Shown: in pieces, positions 23,146-36,760 of the stretch
How positions within the stretch are numbered: position 1 is the first letter of the stretch
Layout: every line of letters begins with the position of its first letter
Source of the DNA: Octopus bimaculoides
Taxonomy: Eukaryota
DNA length: 64,000 nt
Assembly (NCBI RefSeq): GCF_001194135.2
Contig: NC_068984.1
Span: 56,803,522-56,867,521 of the forward strand
Direction of reading: 5' to 3'
Translations under genes and position numbers: made by a program
The notes under the pieces: generated by a model
Databases searched by the model: none
Told to the model about the DNA's origin: nothing
What the model saw: only the letters and a program-made list of their open reading frames with translations

Positions 23146-25146
23146 TAAAATCCACCCTCACCCCATAATGATATAATGGAGAAAATGAAAGCCATAGTTG
23201 TGGTGATGGTGGTGGGGTGAGAAATCATCATTGACCTTTATTTAGAGTTAGCTTCATGTTGTGGGTTAAGTAAGGTTTGGAAGAGGCAGCAATATCATTG
23301 GTTGTCTTTTTCTCCCTGTCCCTATTCATATTCACTGGCTGACATTTCCTTAGTCAATTTAACTCATTCTGTTCAGCTATTCCTTTCATTTACATAAGCT
23401 ATGTTTACTTATCAGTCATGAGTAAACTGCAAAAATTTATTCACCTAGTTCTCATATTTCATCTCTCAAAACATGTCCATACTTCTCTCTGTGGACATAG
23501 TCAAATAGTTACATGATAGTTCAAATGCAGTAGTGGTAGTAGTACTTGTCTATGTGTGTGTGTGTGTGATGTTATATAGATAAGAATTTATGCATTAATT
23601 TACACATAAATAATACATTGATGGAGGCATGAATTGTAGCTACATTAAAAAACTTTTTTTTGTTTTATTTCTCAATAAAGTCATTGTTATATTTCTCTAA
23701 TGACAATTTGAAGATATTAGAACAAGTGTAGAAATAAGAGACACTTGAAATCATCATGGAACTTTTTCCCCCTCGTTTGCATATTTTCTGTGTAAAAAAA
23801 TATTTGAAACTGAGGTCAACAAGAAAGATCTTCATTTTGTTTTGTAGTTGTTTGTTGATTTATTCGACTCTGATACTGTTCTCATATTAATATCATTGAT
23901 ATAAGGAAAGATGAAAGGTTATGTCAATCTCAGTTATTACTAGAACTCAGAATAATAGACATTCAACCTTTGTACTAAGTCAACAGTCTTTTATATCCTA
24001 TTAGCATTTGTCTAAATGAAGTTTAAGAAGTGTTATGCATTGTTGCTGCTGTTTGCTTAACCCCAGATCAAAGGTGATGAAACAGATCTATGTTAAAAGC
24101 ATTCCAGCCATGGCCAGCCCATCTACTTTTCTAACTATGTATTTAAGACTACATTATGCACTGTGTCCTTTGGGTTGGATTGAGTACTCTTTCTAACTGG
24201 TTGAATGACTAATGTAGAAACTTTCTCAGTGCCAGAAGTGTTGCATTACCTTCCAAATGTTGTTGTCATTGCTGCTTAGCTCTAGGTTAGCCCTGATTGT
24301 GCAGGTCTTGATTAAAGGTATTCCAACCATAACTACCTTATTTTTTCAATGTTCATCATCATGTTAAATGTTCATAATAAACAATTATGAACATTCAATG
24401 TTCATAATAATCAATGCATCCTTTCTAAGATAGTCTATCATCTTAATGAATATCAATGCATTGTAAAATGTAGTCCTTGTACTAAATAGCAAGATGATTA
24501 CTGTTGGAAAATCTTTTATTATATGTCTTGTTATCAGGGCTGACCTAGGGCTAAACTACAATGTTTTCTCTTTCTCTCTCTTTCAAGCTTAGGGAAATAA
24601 AAGCTTTAACCACTTTCTTGTCAATAAAAAATCTAATTAATTTCTATCCAAAAATGAAGATCAACATGATATTTCTGTCTGATCCCACAGTAAACATTGT
24701 TGTATATCCTCTCTTGACATTCAGCAGATACACTTACTTATTAGGAAATAAAACATTTTATCCAGATATTTAAATTTTTCTCAAAGTTCCTTTGATATAT
24801 TGCCTATCTTTATTAATTTTTGTTTTGTTTTGTTGTGTTATTTAATTCTTTGTTTTAGAAAAATAAGGTAATGTAAAGATGAATAAATATAACTAACTTG
24901 GAAATAAGACACTATAAGATTTAAGAGTATCTTAAATATGCCTTCATTTGCAATCATAAAATAGTTTTAAATAGTTTAATATTGCCTTTTTTTAATTATG
25001 ATTTTAGTTTTTGAAATGACAATATGAAATTTCTATAAATTTCTGTGCAAGAGTGAAGATTGATATGACATCACTATTTCAACCCATAGTAAACATTGCA
25101 TTACATATCCCCTCTCTCTTAGCATCTTGTAGATGTTTTAGCTTTT

Positions 25147-25360
25147 TTATTTTTTGACTTGTTTTAGTCATTGGACTGTGGCCATGCTGTGGCACTCCCT
25201 TGAAAGGTTTAGTTAAATAAATTGACCCCGTACTTATTTTTTGAAGTCTGGTACTATTATGTTGATTGCTTTTGCTGAACTTCTAAGTTATGTGAATGTA
25301 AGCAAACCAACAATGGTTGTCAAGTAGTGGGTGGGGGGGACAAACACAAGGACAAGCATA
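25147..25360 (-). mobile_element. SINE family A, 3' half of a split copy
   Basis: ttgacttgttttagtcattggactgtggccatgctg...caacaatggttgtcaag matches the family A 3' half. Confidence 0.8.
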
Positions 25361-25415
25361 TACGTATGTACATATGTATGTCTCTATGTATGTATGTTGT
25401 TTACTGTTCTGTTTA

Positions 25416-25632
25416 CCCTTTAACATTTAAATCAGCCATATCAGGCTCAAACATTCTACCTGTGTAATGTTCAAACTCAGATCTGGGCTCTCACACCTAC
25501 CTTACAATGTCATTCTAAAAATAAACAATCATATCATCAAAATCTTGAAGTTACAAGATAATGCATGATTAATTCAAAACAATGTGAGTAAAGAAGCATT
25601 ACATTTGACAAAGTAATCTGAATACTAAAAGG
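25416..25632 (+). mobile_element. piggyBac-like MITE
   Basis: TTTA|CCCTTTAACATT ... AATACTAAAAGG|TTCA: degenerate TTAA TSDs and CCCTTT TIRs. Confidence 0.8.
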
Positions 25633-25680
25633 TTCAAGGTAAGATCAACAAAAATAGAACTCGTGAGATATAAATATCAA

Positions 25681-25884
25681 TTAATGTAATCAGTTTAAAG
25701 ATAAGAGCAACTAATAGTTTCTTGATGTGAAGACATGTGGCAAGGCCAGTTTTGAGTGTCCTGTATCTCCAAGCACTCTAGAGTCCTAAGATTGCTTGGA
25801 GACACATTATAAAAATCTGCCTAGCCACAGGTCTTCACAGCAAGAAACTATTAGTTGTTCTTATCTTTAAACTATGTACATTAA
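25681..25884. mobile_element. About 200-bp palindromic fold-back element with TTAA ends
   Basis: Arms 25681-25775 and 25793-25884 are reverse complements with few mismatches; 17-nt loop. Confidence 0.85.
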
Positions 25885-25889
25885 ATAAT

Positions 25890-26070
25890 ACACACACACA
25901 CACACACACAAAATGGGCTTCTTTCAGTTTCCTTCTACTAAATCCACTCACAAGGCTTTGATCAGTCCAGGGCTATAATAGACACTTGCCCAAGGTGCCA
26001 TATTTGTGAATGAACTTAAAATTATGTGGTTAGCATGCAGACTTCTTACTACACAGTCACCATACTTTTC
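25890..26070 (-). mobile_element. SINE family A, 5' half of the split copy
   Basis: (CA)n then gggcttctttcagtttcc...gacacttgcccaaggtgcc. Confidence 0.8.
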
Positions 26071-26677
26071 ACCTAGATTTGTCGACTTTCCTCAAAATTT
26101 CTTTGGTACAATTTACTACAGTAAATTTAGGTTAAAATAGAAAAAAAATTTTGATGTTTTTCTAATTTAATCCTCTCTTTCCACAAACAAGTTAAAACAA
26201 GAATGATTAAATATAACTAACTTGGAAATATGACATACTTCTAGGACTTAAGAGGGTCTTAAATATGATTTCATTTATGATCATACAATAATATCAGGAA
26301 AACTGCCTTCTTTTGTTATTTTAGATTTTTAAATAAAATTTGTCTAAAAATATTGAAAAACTATTCATATATTAAAAAAAAAACCCAAAGCAAACTTTAT
26401 ATATTTTCAATAAATACAAACCTTTTTTTTAATTCAGTTTGGGTTATAAGAAATAGTTTACATTTTTGCTTAGTTTGAAAATTTATTTCTTACATCTACA
26501 GACATCTTGAATTATCATCATCATAAACCTCAACATCATTGTCATCATCATTAATTCTTATATTTGTAGGGGTGGTGGTGGTAGTGGTATATTTGAGACA
26601 CAATTTATCTCTATTTTTCTTTCTCTCACATTTCCTGATACTCTCTTTTATTTTGTGTGGTGTATGTATGTAGATAA

Positions 26678-26708
<31 letters not shown>

Positions 26709-27174
26709 CATGCATGCATATACTCATACCTACATACATATATACACATACATACAGAAAGAGAGAGGGGAGAAAGAACATTAATATTAAGATTTGTGAA
26801 AAATAAATATCTCTATTATGGTGTTCACAAAGCGTAAAACAATCTCAATGTGCTTGTAGAATTTACTGGATAGTATCTTCTTTGCCATTATATAAAGGAA
26901 TGACAAGCAGTTAGCAAGTTCAATAATAATAAATAGTCAATTTATTATCTTTCTATTTTAGATTCTGGTGTTGCAGCCATCACTATGATTCCTTGGTTAT
27001 TATCTACTTGATATGTTGCATTCCTACTACTGCAGCAGTTAAAACTCTAGGGATTTCAAAAATCAATGGCAAATGGTTGATAGAAGGTTGAACAGAGAAA
27101 AGGCATAGTAATTATTATAAAGAGTGTTTGTATTGGTCAGTAGTCTACACTTGATAGGATAAAAAGGGAAATAA

Positions 27175-27180
27175 CTTCTG

Positions 27181-27229
<49 letters not shown>
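27175..27229. repeat. (TATC)n microsatellite, followed by poly-C and a 10-N gap (27245-27254)
   Basis: Direct reading. Confidence 0.97.
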
Positions 27230-27621
27230 CTCACCCCCCCCCCCNNNNNNNNNNCTCTCTAACACGACAGATATTATCCAATGAAATAATTCGTTAAAAG
27301 TGGGGAACAGATTAAAGTGCAGTGTGGGCCTTGCTATTGCTGGGAAACAACTAGACTTGGAGGCGAAATATTTAATTATATATTGATATTTAAAAGCATG
27401 CAAAAGCATTTTGTTCAAATAGATTTCAAAGAGATTTATATTTATGTTATCTATCTACAATATCCATTGTTCTCTGTGGGTGATTAATCATCATCATCAT
27501 TATTATTAAATAACAAATAAGTATACATCAAAGTAACTTTTGCCACTGAATTGGATATTAAACTTCAATAATTAAAGTTACATATATATGTGTATGAGTG
27601 CACACATACACACATGTACAC

Positions 27622-27622
<1 letters not shown>

Positions 27623-27708
<86 letters not shown>
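27623..27708. repeat. Long (CA)n microsatellite
   Basis: Direct reading. Confidence 0.99.
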
Positions 27709-27710
<2 letters not shown>

Positions 27711-27738
27711 ACACAACACACATACATAAATGCATGTA

Positions 27739-27806
27739 TAAAAGAGCATAAAAGTTTTTTATACATATATATATATATATATATATAAAACTTTTATGCT
27801 CTTTTA
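27739..27806. repeat. Perfect 20-bp inverted repeat flanking a (TA)n spacer
   Basis: TAAAAGAGCATAAAAGTTTT (27739-27758) and AAAACTTTTATGCTCTTTTA (27787-27806). Confidence 0.97.
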
Positions 27807-29626
27807 CCTTGTATTTAATTTATATTCCGTGCCAATTATTTGGTTTCGGAGCAAACAAATGATTTCTTAACTTAATATCTGATATTACAAATGATATAAG
27901 GGATTCTTTTTTCTGCTTGCTCTTAATTTTTTTTTTTTAAAAAGGTTTAATTGAACACATTTGGAAACTATTAAATTGAGTCAAAGTGACCTGAACATTT
28001 AGGTTTTATTTTCTCTAAGGATGGGAAATTTTGCTGTAAGAGTAACTGAATCATTTTCACTAAAAACTGAATATGATTTGCAGATGTGGTATTTGAAAAA
28101 TATAGAATAACTGATTTTTGATTGGTATTCCTCATATAGCTTTCAACACTACATACTAACTTATTTTCAAAAGCTTGAAAAAATACAAATGATATCAATA
28201 GCTCTGGAAGATCCTCATATTTTTTCATATATAAGCCCTGATCAAGCAAATAGACCTATGTTGAAAGGCATTCTAGCCATGACCATCCCATATATTTTTA
28301 AGTAGATTAATTTTGATATCATCTATTTATTTTGAATATCCAGATATCTGTATCTATCAGAATTTTGCTCATACTAATCAATAGCTTTACATACCTTTGC
28401 AGCTATAAAAAAATAAAATAAAATCTGGCAGAGAATTTCACACATAGACGATTAGTGTAATTTAGCTGAAAACTAATTGCATATTAATTGTTTGTGTTAT
28501 ATCAAAGCGATATCTGTACTATATGTAAGCATTTAATATTAGCATAGTTGGAATAATTTTATATGAAGAGAATAATACATTTAACTCTCTTGTAGTCAAG
28601 ATTCATCATTAAATGTTCTGCTATGCTTACATTAGTCCTCAAATGGCTGGTCAATTCCTATGTTATTTGCCTTCAAAGAATAAATTGAATTGGAGATTTG
28701 TTAAGGTATTGGACAAAATCTAGTGATAGTTAATTAGGGCACTTTTCATTCTAATAACATTCAAAGTTCATATCTTTCTGAGGTCAGCTCTGCCTTTTCA
28801 TCCATCTGGGATTAATAATATAAAGTACCAGAGAGGTACTTGGTTGATTTGTATTCCTATTATGCATCCTAGATGATAAAAATAAATTGATTAAAATATA
28901 GTGCTTTATGATCTGTTCAATAAACAATTGTTAAGATAATAAATTTATACCTTAACCCAAACATGGTCAACCTTTTTGAGAAGTGAGCTGTATGAGAAAT
29001 GGCTCTTCATCAGCTGATCATACTACTAAAAAAATTCAAGGTAATTTTTTTGATATGTGTTATTCAGAAAGTTCTATGTGCTACATTTTGCCCAAAACTA
29101 CTCTAACCTGTCTATATTTTCGGTAACAATAAAAAACAAGAATTCAAATTGATGTTTCATTGTTTACAATGATAAGCACTGTAAAGTAAAAGATTATATG
29201 TCTCAGTTGCTTTTTGCAGTCATTATTTTTGTCTTATGTTGAGAATACTCTTGCAAAGGCATAAACATTGCATCGTTTCATTCTTTCTTGTCTATAAGCC
29301 CAAGACACCAGACACATCCTAGCCTCCAAATATCCCTTAAACTTCAGCCTAACATTTTAAAAGTTAGAAGATATACTGGATAACCTAGACTAATCTGAGT
29401 ATGACAGTTTGTAAGCAGTCAGTGATAATCAGGAATAATCACTAAAAAAAAAAAAAATGCAATCATTATGTTCTGAGATGGGGTACAGTAAATAAATTGG
29501 CTATAACTGATATAATAAAGCAGAAATGTTTTCTATAAGATTTAAAAATATATAAGTAAAATGTCTGCTCAAAAATAAGGCAGGAAATCAAAGAATATGA
29601 CCTTTTGATGTTTCTGAATTCAACAG

Positions 29627-29671
29627 GAATGCAGAATATTATATAAAGGATCTAATTGTCACTTGTGGAGG
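29627..29671 (+). CDS. Candidate 45-nt exon, unidentified
   Basis: tttctgaattcaacag acceptor and GG|gtaaat donor; length divisible by 3; two open frames (NAEYYIKDLIVTCG or ECRILYKGSNCHLWR). Could be chance. Confidence 0.1.
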
Positions 29672-31043
29672 GTAAATGTGAGGTTATTACTATGAAAAAA
29701 AAAAAAAAAAGAAACCTTGGTGGAAATCAATGAACATCTATTTATTGCTGGCTTACACAAACCATCCCCAAGGAATATATGGTGTTAAGCTGTTAACTGG
29801 CTACAAAAGAACTGCATCCTCTAGAGATTTTCATAGATGGCCACAATATTTTTACTAATAAATCTGTCTACATAGACATATTGTTTTTCTTTTTCCTTCC
29901 AGCATGTATGTATATCTGTAATGTAATATATATATATGTGCACATACACTTGTATATATTTTCTTGTACATCACCTTTTTTTTTATTCTAATAAATATGC
30001 TCTTCTATAGGTATTACTCTGGGAAATTTATAGAAAGTTAATGTAACCTGAACTGTTTGCAAACCCTAAAGGTCTCTTTTATTTATACGATGCAATATTT
30101 CTTGAAACTCATATGTGTCTGCTGCTAATTCATTATCATTCTTCACTTATAGACTTTGACTTAACTTGAACTCCTGTAGCTATAACCTTGGAGGTTGTAT
30201 TCTTACTTGCTTCCAAGAATCATCTTGAAACAAACAAAGTAACTTCTGTATGGTTACTTGACTTGCTACAAATAGTAACCAAATTCCTGTTAGATCATAC
30301 ATATCTCCCCCAAAAATTCTGTTTAAGGCTATATTGAATAATGTAGTACAGGCAGTTCTAACTTTGCACAAATTTGATTTATGAGTTGTGCTACTTTGAG
30401 AATTTTCTGTAGCAAAATTAAAGAATATATTTTCTACTATTCAATTGTTTATAACTCAATTGTGCTGCCCAAAACAATGTTCATGTGAATACACTTGTCA
30501 GCTGAATCAAAGGCTAAATAATGTTGGCAAGAATCATCAACCTCCAGCCTCCCTTACTCAAGTGTGTCATTCTGTTCTGAGTCAGTGAATATTATCAAGG
30601 TATCTTAGACTACTTTTGACTTTTCTTTTGAAATTTTGGTAATCAGTTTATGAGTTTTTGTTTAATGAACAATAATTAGGTACACATTTTCTTGTGAAGA
30701 ACTACCTGTATTAAATACATGATATCTGAAATATAAGTATGGTGATCATGGTTGGAATGCTGTTAATCATAGGTTTACTCAGTGAGAGCTAACAGCAATA
30801 ACTATATTAATTTACAGTTATACTTGCTAAACAACAATTATTATTTTAGTTTATGCTGCCGCAGTTTGAAATTGATTACTTAAATTCTAAACAGTTACTA
30901 CCTTGAAATAAATTTAGAAAATTGTTGGGTTCTGTAAAACATTATGAGGTAGGATATTCACAGAGTAGTGTGTGTTCCATTCAATTTAGCTGTTGTCAAT
31001 CTACTGTTGGTGAAGCTTTAATATGATGCTGTAGTAAACTTAC

Positions 31044-31141
31044 TTATAGGTCTGCCTGTCCTGCATGGCCAGTTGACCATGGTGGGATTCCACAAGGCAT
31101 TCTATCCAACACTCTGATGACTCGGACAAATTGCCATTATT
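31044..31141 (-). CDS. Candidate 98-nt exon, unidentified (NNGNLSESSECWIECLVESHHGQLAMQDRQTYK)
   Basis: Minus-strand tttactatatag acceptor and gtaagt donor; GC-richer than the flanks; only one frame open. Could instead be a LINE remnant. Confidence 0.15.
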
Positions 31142-33210
31142 CTATATAGTAAAGTTTGAAATTTTGATTGAATTTGACCTGAATGATGAATATATTAGTT
31201 GTTGTTGGATAACACCACTCCACATGCTGTAGTGATAGCTATATGGTTAAAAAGTTTATTTTGTAATCATAGGATTGCAAGTTTGATCCCACAATCTGCT
31301 ACCTTGGGCAAGTGTCTTCTATTGTAGCCTTAGTTGACTTATGTCATGTGAGTGGAATTTGCTAGACAGAAACTGAAGAAGCCATCATATTTTGTTTTGT
31401 TTAGTATTTTTTAGTGGTGTTGGTGGCTGAGTACTATGCCTGTCACCAACCCCACTTGTTTCTCTGCAAGTTAATAATCTCCTAGTCTATCAAACAACAA
31501 ATACTTCAGACATGCTTTATATGGAGAATTGAAAATAAACAACACTAGTTGACTGCGTGCTTTTGTTTACAGAGATTATGTAACTTCTCAAGAAGACTGG
31601 GCTTAGATGGACTGCAAGCAAATGACACCATCAAGAAGCCATTCTTTAGAAACCAATAAATGCAAGAAAAATCAGAACTCACTCCAAAAACACACACACA
31701 CACCTACCACAGATAGATAGTGTGTGTGTGTGAGAGAGAGAGAGAGTACCATTTTCTGAAATACAAAAAAATGTTTTATGTGTGTATCTTTTTCTGATAT
31801 ATATATATAAAACTTATTTTATCAGTCCTCCATCTATAAAAGACTAAACTAGCTGAAATATGATGTGAACTCTAGGATTCAAAATGCCTCTTAGTTATCT
31901 AGACCATTGTTCTATCACTTGGTCACTAAATTGTCTTCTGGTAATCACACTCACTTCTTTTATTCTTCTCAATATTTAGTTAATGGCTTCATGATTGCTA
32001 CTTATTTGTAGATGAAATGTTTGCTAGAACTACCTAAAACTCTTCGATCAGCAAGAAAAGTAATTAAAACATGTATCTGATAGGAATATTAATGTTATCA
32101 TATATAACACTTGTGATGAATGAGTGATGGTCTTATTTTAGTTGTTGCTATAAAGGGATGTATTTCTCCTACTTCATTTTATTGATATTTCCTGTGGACT
32201 GTTTTTTTTTTATTTACTGCTACAAAGTTATCTTTTTGAGTGAGAAATTTGGTTTTTATTCCTCTCTTCTTTCTGTGATCATTGAACCAAATAGTTTAGT
32301 AGCTGGCTTAAAACTGTCATCATACATTTTTCTGTGTAGTTTGTTGAATTATGAATTAGGTTGAGATTAAAAAGCAAAAACATTGAAGCAAGTTGTGTTG
32401 GTCAATATTTCAAAGTGAAGTGCTTTTAACAAATTCAGGAAAATGAATAGAAGTCATGGGTAGATTGAGATTTCCCTGAGACTCTGCCATCATTGTAATG
32501 AAATTTCTTCATCAATGTAGATGTGATGGCTGATTGATTATGGTGCTGAATGCCTGTAAATTATGTGAGCTCATAAGTAAAGCACGCTACACACTTTATT
32601 GGGAGTTTAATTAAGTTAACTGAAAGAAGGGAGAAAAAGGTATCCCTCCCCTGTCAATTAAACATTGAATAGTTTGTGCTATTAGGAAGACCATCCAACT
32701 ATAAAGTGATTGGTCACAGAAGTTACTTGATTGATTTCTTTTATTGTTTAGGTTATATAGAGAGAGATTTGCTGATCCTGATAACTTGGCTATGTTAAGA
32801 ATTGGTTTCAGATCTATAGAGAATATTACTTGTAATAGTGTCCAAACTGGGAAAGATTTATCTTTCAGACAAGTGATATTGCTGAATATGGAGTTATCAC
32901 TTTTTTATGAATGTACTATAATTTAGACAAGCTGTTTACTCTGATACTAAATATAGTTTGTCAACTTTACCTACTTGTATCACACTCTTTGAGCTTTCAT
33001 ATTCCTTCAATTCTGACATTGAATCTACAAAGCAAATCAAATGTAAATGTGAAATAAATTTTATAACTACACCGTTATGGTTGAACTTATGTAACATCTA
33101 TTATTCTCTGATTCTAGAGATTTATATGAAACCAATTCTTCAAATGATAGATTATTTATGTTTTTATATTTATATAACGTTTCCTTTTTTTTTCCTGTAC
33201 ATGATCTGAA

Positions 33211-33245
<35 letters not shown>

Positions 33246-33249
<4 letters not shown>

Positions 33250-33612
33250 GTCCCACGGGTTCAGTCCCACTGCGTGGCACCTTGGGCAAGTGTCTTCTAC
33301 TATAGCCTCAGGCCAACCAAAGCCTTGTGAGTGGATTTGGTAGACGGAAACTGAAAGAAGCCTGTCGTATATATGCGTGTATGTGTGTGTGTGTGTGTGT
33401 GTGTCTGTGTTTGTCCCCCCTCCCCCAACATCGCTTGACAACCGATGGTGGTGTGTTTACGTCCCCGTAACTTAGCGGTTCGGCAAAAAGAGACCGATAG
33501 AATAAGTACTAGGCATCCAAAGAATAAGTCCTGGGGTCAATTTACTCGACTAAAGGCGGTGCTCCAGCATGGCCACAGTCAAATGACTGAAACAAGCAAA
33601 AGAGTAAAAGAG
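33246..33612 (+). mobile_element. SINE family A, 5'-truncated young copy
   Basis: High identity to 40115-40549; starts immediately after a (TA)n run. Confidence 0.95.
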
Positions 33613-34107
33613 ATATATATATCACTCAATCCTTCGAGCTTTTTTTTTTTACTCATTAAACAACAGAAGATATTTCATTGTTGAGTATGTAGCATTGCAT
33701 TAACACTTGCAGTGTAAAACTGTTTGTTTTTTGTCACATATTTTTAGAGCAGTGATCTTTCAAAAAAAAAGGGGTGGGGGGGCAAGTGCTAAAATTAAAA
33801 TTTACATTTGTACATATCAAAATTAGCTTAAGGGTATGTTTAAAAATATTTACTTGTAAATGTCTAAATTAATAATTAAATATTTTAAAACTTTAAATAA
33901 AGATGAAAGTTGAAGAAATTAGTGATGGTCTACCTTGGTTTTAAAGTCATTTAATAAAGTTCAAAATTTTGAATGAGTTTATGTGAAGGGATAAGACATG
34001 AATTCTAATGTTTCAAGCAGTGCACTTCTTTTGAGATGGAGAAACTTAAAGTGTTCATTAAAATTCATTCAAATTTGTAAAAATTAAAAGGTGCAGGCAT
34101 GATTAGA

Positions 34108-34450
34108 TGCAAGTATGGCTGTATAATTAAGAAGCTTGCTTTGCAGCCATGTGGTTTTGAGTTTGATCCCACTGCATGATATCTTGGGTAAGAATCTTCT
34201 TGTATAGTGTTGGACTAGTAATGCCTTGTGAGTGAAATTTGAAAGATTGAAACCCTATAGAAGCTGTCAGGTATGTGTGCATATGCATGCATACCTTTGT
34301 GTATTTTTACAGTGGTAATGTTTATGTCCTGTTGTCAAGTTGTGGAATAAAGTACCTTACTTGAAAACAAGAGTTGACTTCAAGAAAGGCATCCAGTCAT
34401 AGAATACTGCCTCAGCAAGCCTTGCCCAACCTATGCCATCATCACAAAAG
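34108..34450 (+). mobile_element. Degenerate SINE family A'
   Basis: atggctgtataattaagaagcttgct head; tgccttgtgagtgaaatttg core. Confidence 0.65.
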
Positions 34451-36609
34451 GGGACACAAAATAAATTGAAAGAAATACTTCACTTATGTATAGTAGTTAA
34501 CTTTAGTAATGTGTAATAAGATAGACAGCAGTTATTCTGATAGTGTTCTCTCAATAGTGTTCTTGCCATAAATGCTATTACCTCTCTCTAACATATAACA
34601 CTTATTATAAGAAGAAAAAAAATGGGAAAATGAGTGATGTAAACATCTTAGTGATGTGTACAGCAAAGTGTGACTGCATGTCTACAATATAAAATGATGT
34701 AAATGTTGAGCTGTTAAGCCCAACCAGATGTTCAGTTAATTTTTGGAGTAAACTGTAGATAGATAATCTCTATAAGTGTTCAGAAATGGTAGATCTGGGA
34801 TATAATTAGCTCACCAGTAAGGAAACAGGACAGCTATTTAGTCATCAACATATTAAAATAGATGCAAATATAGATATCAAAAATAGAAGGTAGCAGGAAA
34901 AACTGTTGATAGCTTTTGTTTTTGTTCATCTTCCTTCATCCTTGACTATTTCTTCTATTAAGCGAGCTGTATGTTTGGGTTATTTTAGTCTCTATTCATA
35001 TCACTGTTACCTGGCAGGCAGGTAGATGAGTGACTTCATGCAAAGGGAAGAAAAAAAAGGTGCGGTGGAATCACTCTACTTCAACTGCTGACATAATATT
35101 TTGATATGCTTTGAAGAGGAAAATTACTTCAGCTCAGTTAACTACAGATTTAAAGCAAGTTGTTTTTGCTCTTATTGAATTGAGGGATTTAACAAAGCTA
35201 CTACATTTCTCTCTCTTACTCCACACCATCCAGAGGATATAAATGTGTGGTACATGGTCATTTGGGGAGAGTACAATCTTTAAATCACTTGGCTGATATT
35301 TTGTTTTAGTGACTCCAATAAAATGAAAGGCAAAGTTGGCTTTGGTGGGATTTAAGCTTAGAGTTTAAAAGGGACTTGCGAGGAATTTTTTTCACTGCTG
35401 TAATGATTCTGCTAATCCACTAGGAGTTCACCTTTTGTGCTTAAACTGACATGCATTCAGAAGCATTCTAACCATGACCATCATTACATTTTAAGGCATT
35501 TCTAGCACTACATTATTCAATATGCCCTTTCTTGTTTAAATTGGTTTAATTTTAATTCTAGCAAATGAAGCTACCACTTATAGGCTGACTTACAGTGTGG
35601 TTACCAACCATAATGATGCATGGCTAACTGAGGATGTTAATCTTGTGGGTTATTCTCATGGATTTATTTCAATATTTCCATCTGAGTTTGAGTTGGTTAT
35701 ACTGGTACTACTGAATAGTTACAACAGTATGTAAGTAATGAACATGTTAAATGCGGGAAAATATTTTGGGTGATTGATGGCATCTAACGTTAACAAAACT
35801 TCATTACATTTAGTTTTCTTCAACAGAATAAAAATGATTGATTGCTTTATACCTGACAGAACATTACATTTGATATGGAAAGACACACTAGTATCCTGTA
35901 AAGAAATTAATGATGGTGATGATTTATATTTTTTACATAGATATAAATTCCCCTTAGTTTAAAAGGTAGTTGGAATGAAAGGTGACATCCAAATCTTTCT
36001 CAAGGGCATTAATAATATAGGTGAACTTTATCTTCAAGAGGCACAATGTTGTTTCATATGGTCTTTTTCATACTTTCAAATTTACATTGGAGATCCACTC
36101 TTCATAGACTGAAGCATAACCCCCAGGTTGATGTGGCTGGGTAATGCAACATAAGATGATCTGTGTCTTTTGGCATTATCTGACATGCTGGACATGTAGG
36201 GATTCACAACAATATCCCTATTGATGCAGACTAGTTAATGTTATTCTGTGGCTTTACCTCAGCCTATTTGTGAATGTTCACTACTTTCTGGTTCTCTCTT
36301 TTCATCTGTTATTACAGGTGTTGGTGATCATGGATTTCCATGCCATGAGTTTTAAAATTAATGGTTTTTGTCAGGAAAGATAGTAGTGGTTTCTTCATTT
36401 CCTTCTGCTAGTTTGTTTACTGTTTTACCTGCTAATCTTCTGCTCTTCTGAGCTTATCCTTGAAGTCAAGACTATTTAACCCATTGGTAGAGGGACTGGT
36501 TCATGTGACATCAGAGCATGTTCACTTATTGGTGGGTCTGTGTGACACATATCTAGGGGTCCGCTTGCCTCAAAGTTCTGAAGTCTTAACCACAAGACCA
36601 TCTTCTGAC

Positions 36610-36760
36610 TGAGGCCATTGATAGGTATTTACATTTCAGGTCCAGAACATATCTGAAGGAATAGTAACTAAGGGATAAGTGATTTCATGCTCCTTGAAAT
36701 TCTGAACTGGATCCTCACTTATGGATGCAGTTTAATGTCTTGCCCAGGACTAACCTTCTA
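36610..36760 (+). mobile_element. Degenerate RTE-like repeat fragment
   Basis: ggtccagaacatatctgaaggaatagtaactaaggg...cctcacttatggatgcagtttaatgtcttgcccaggac resembles 43370-43510 and a common octopus repeat as I recall it; not verified. Confidence 0.45.

Noticed and set aside
27971-28249. 92-aa minus-strand ORF
   Set aside because: Starts inside a family D repeat, has AT-biased composition, and shows no recognisable domain or good donor.
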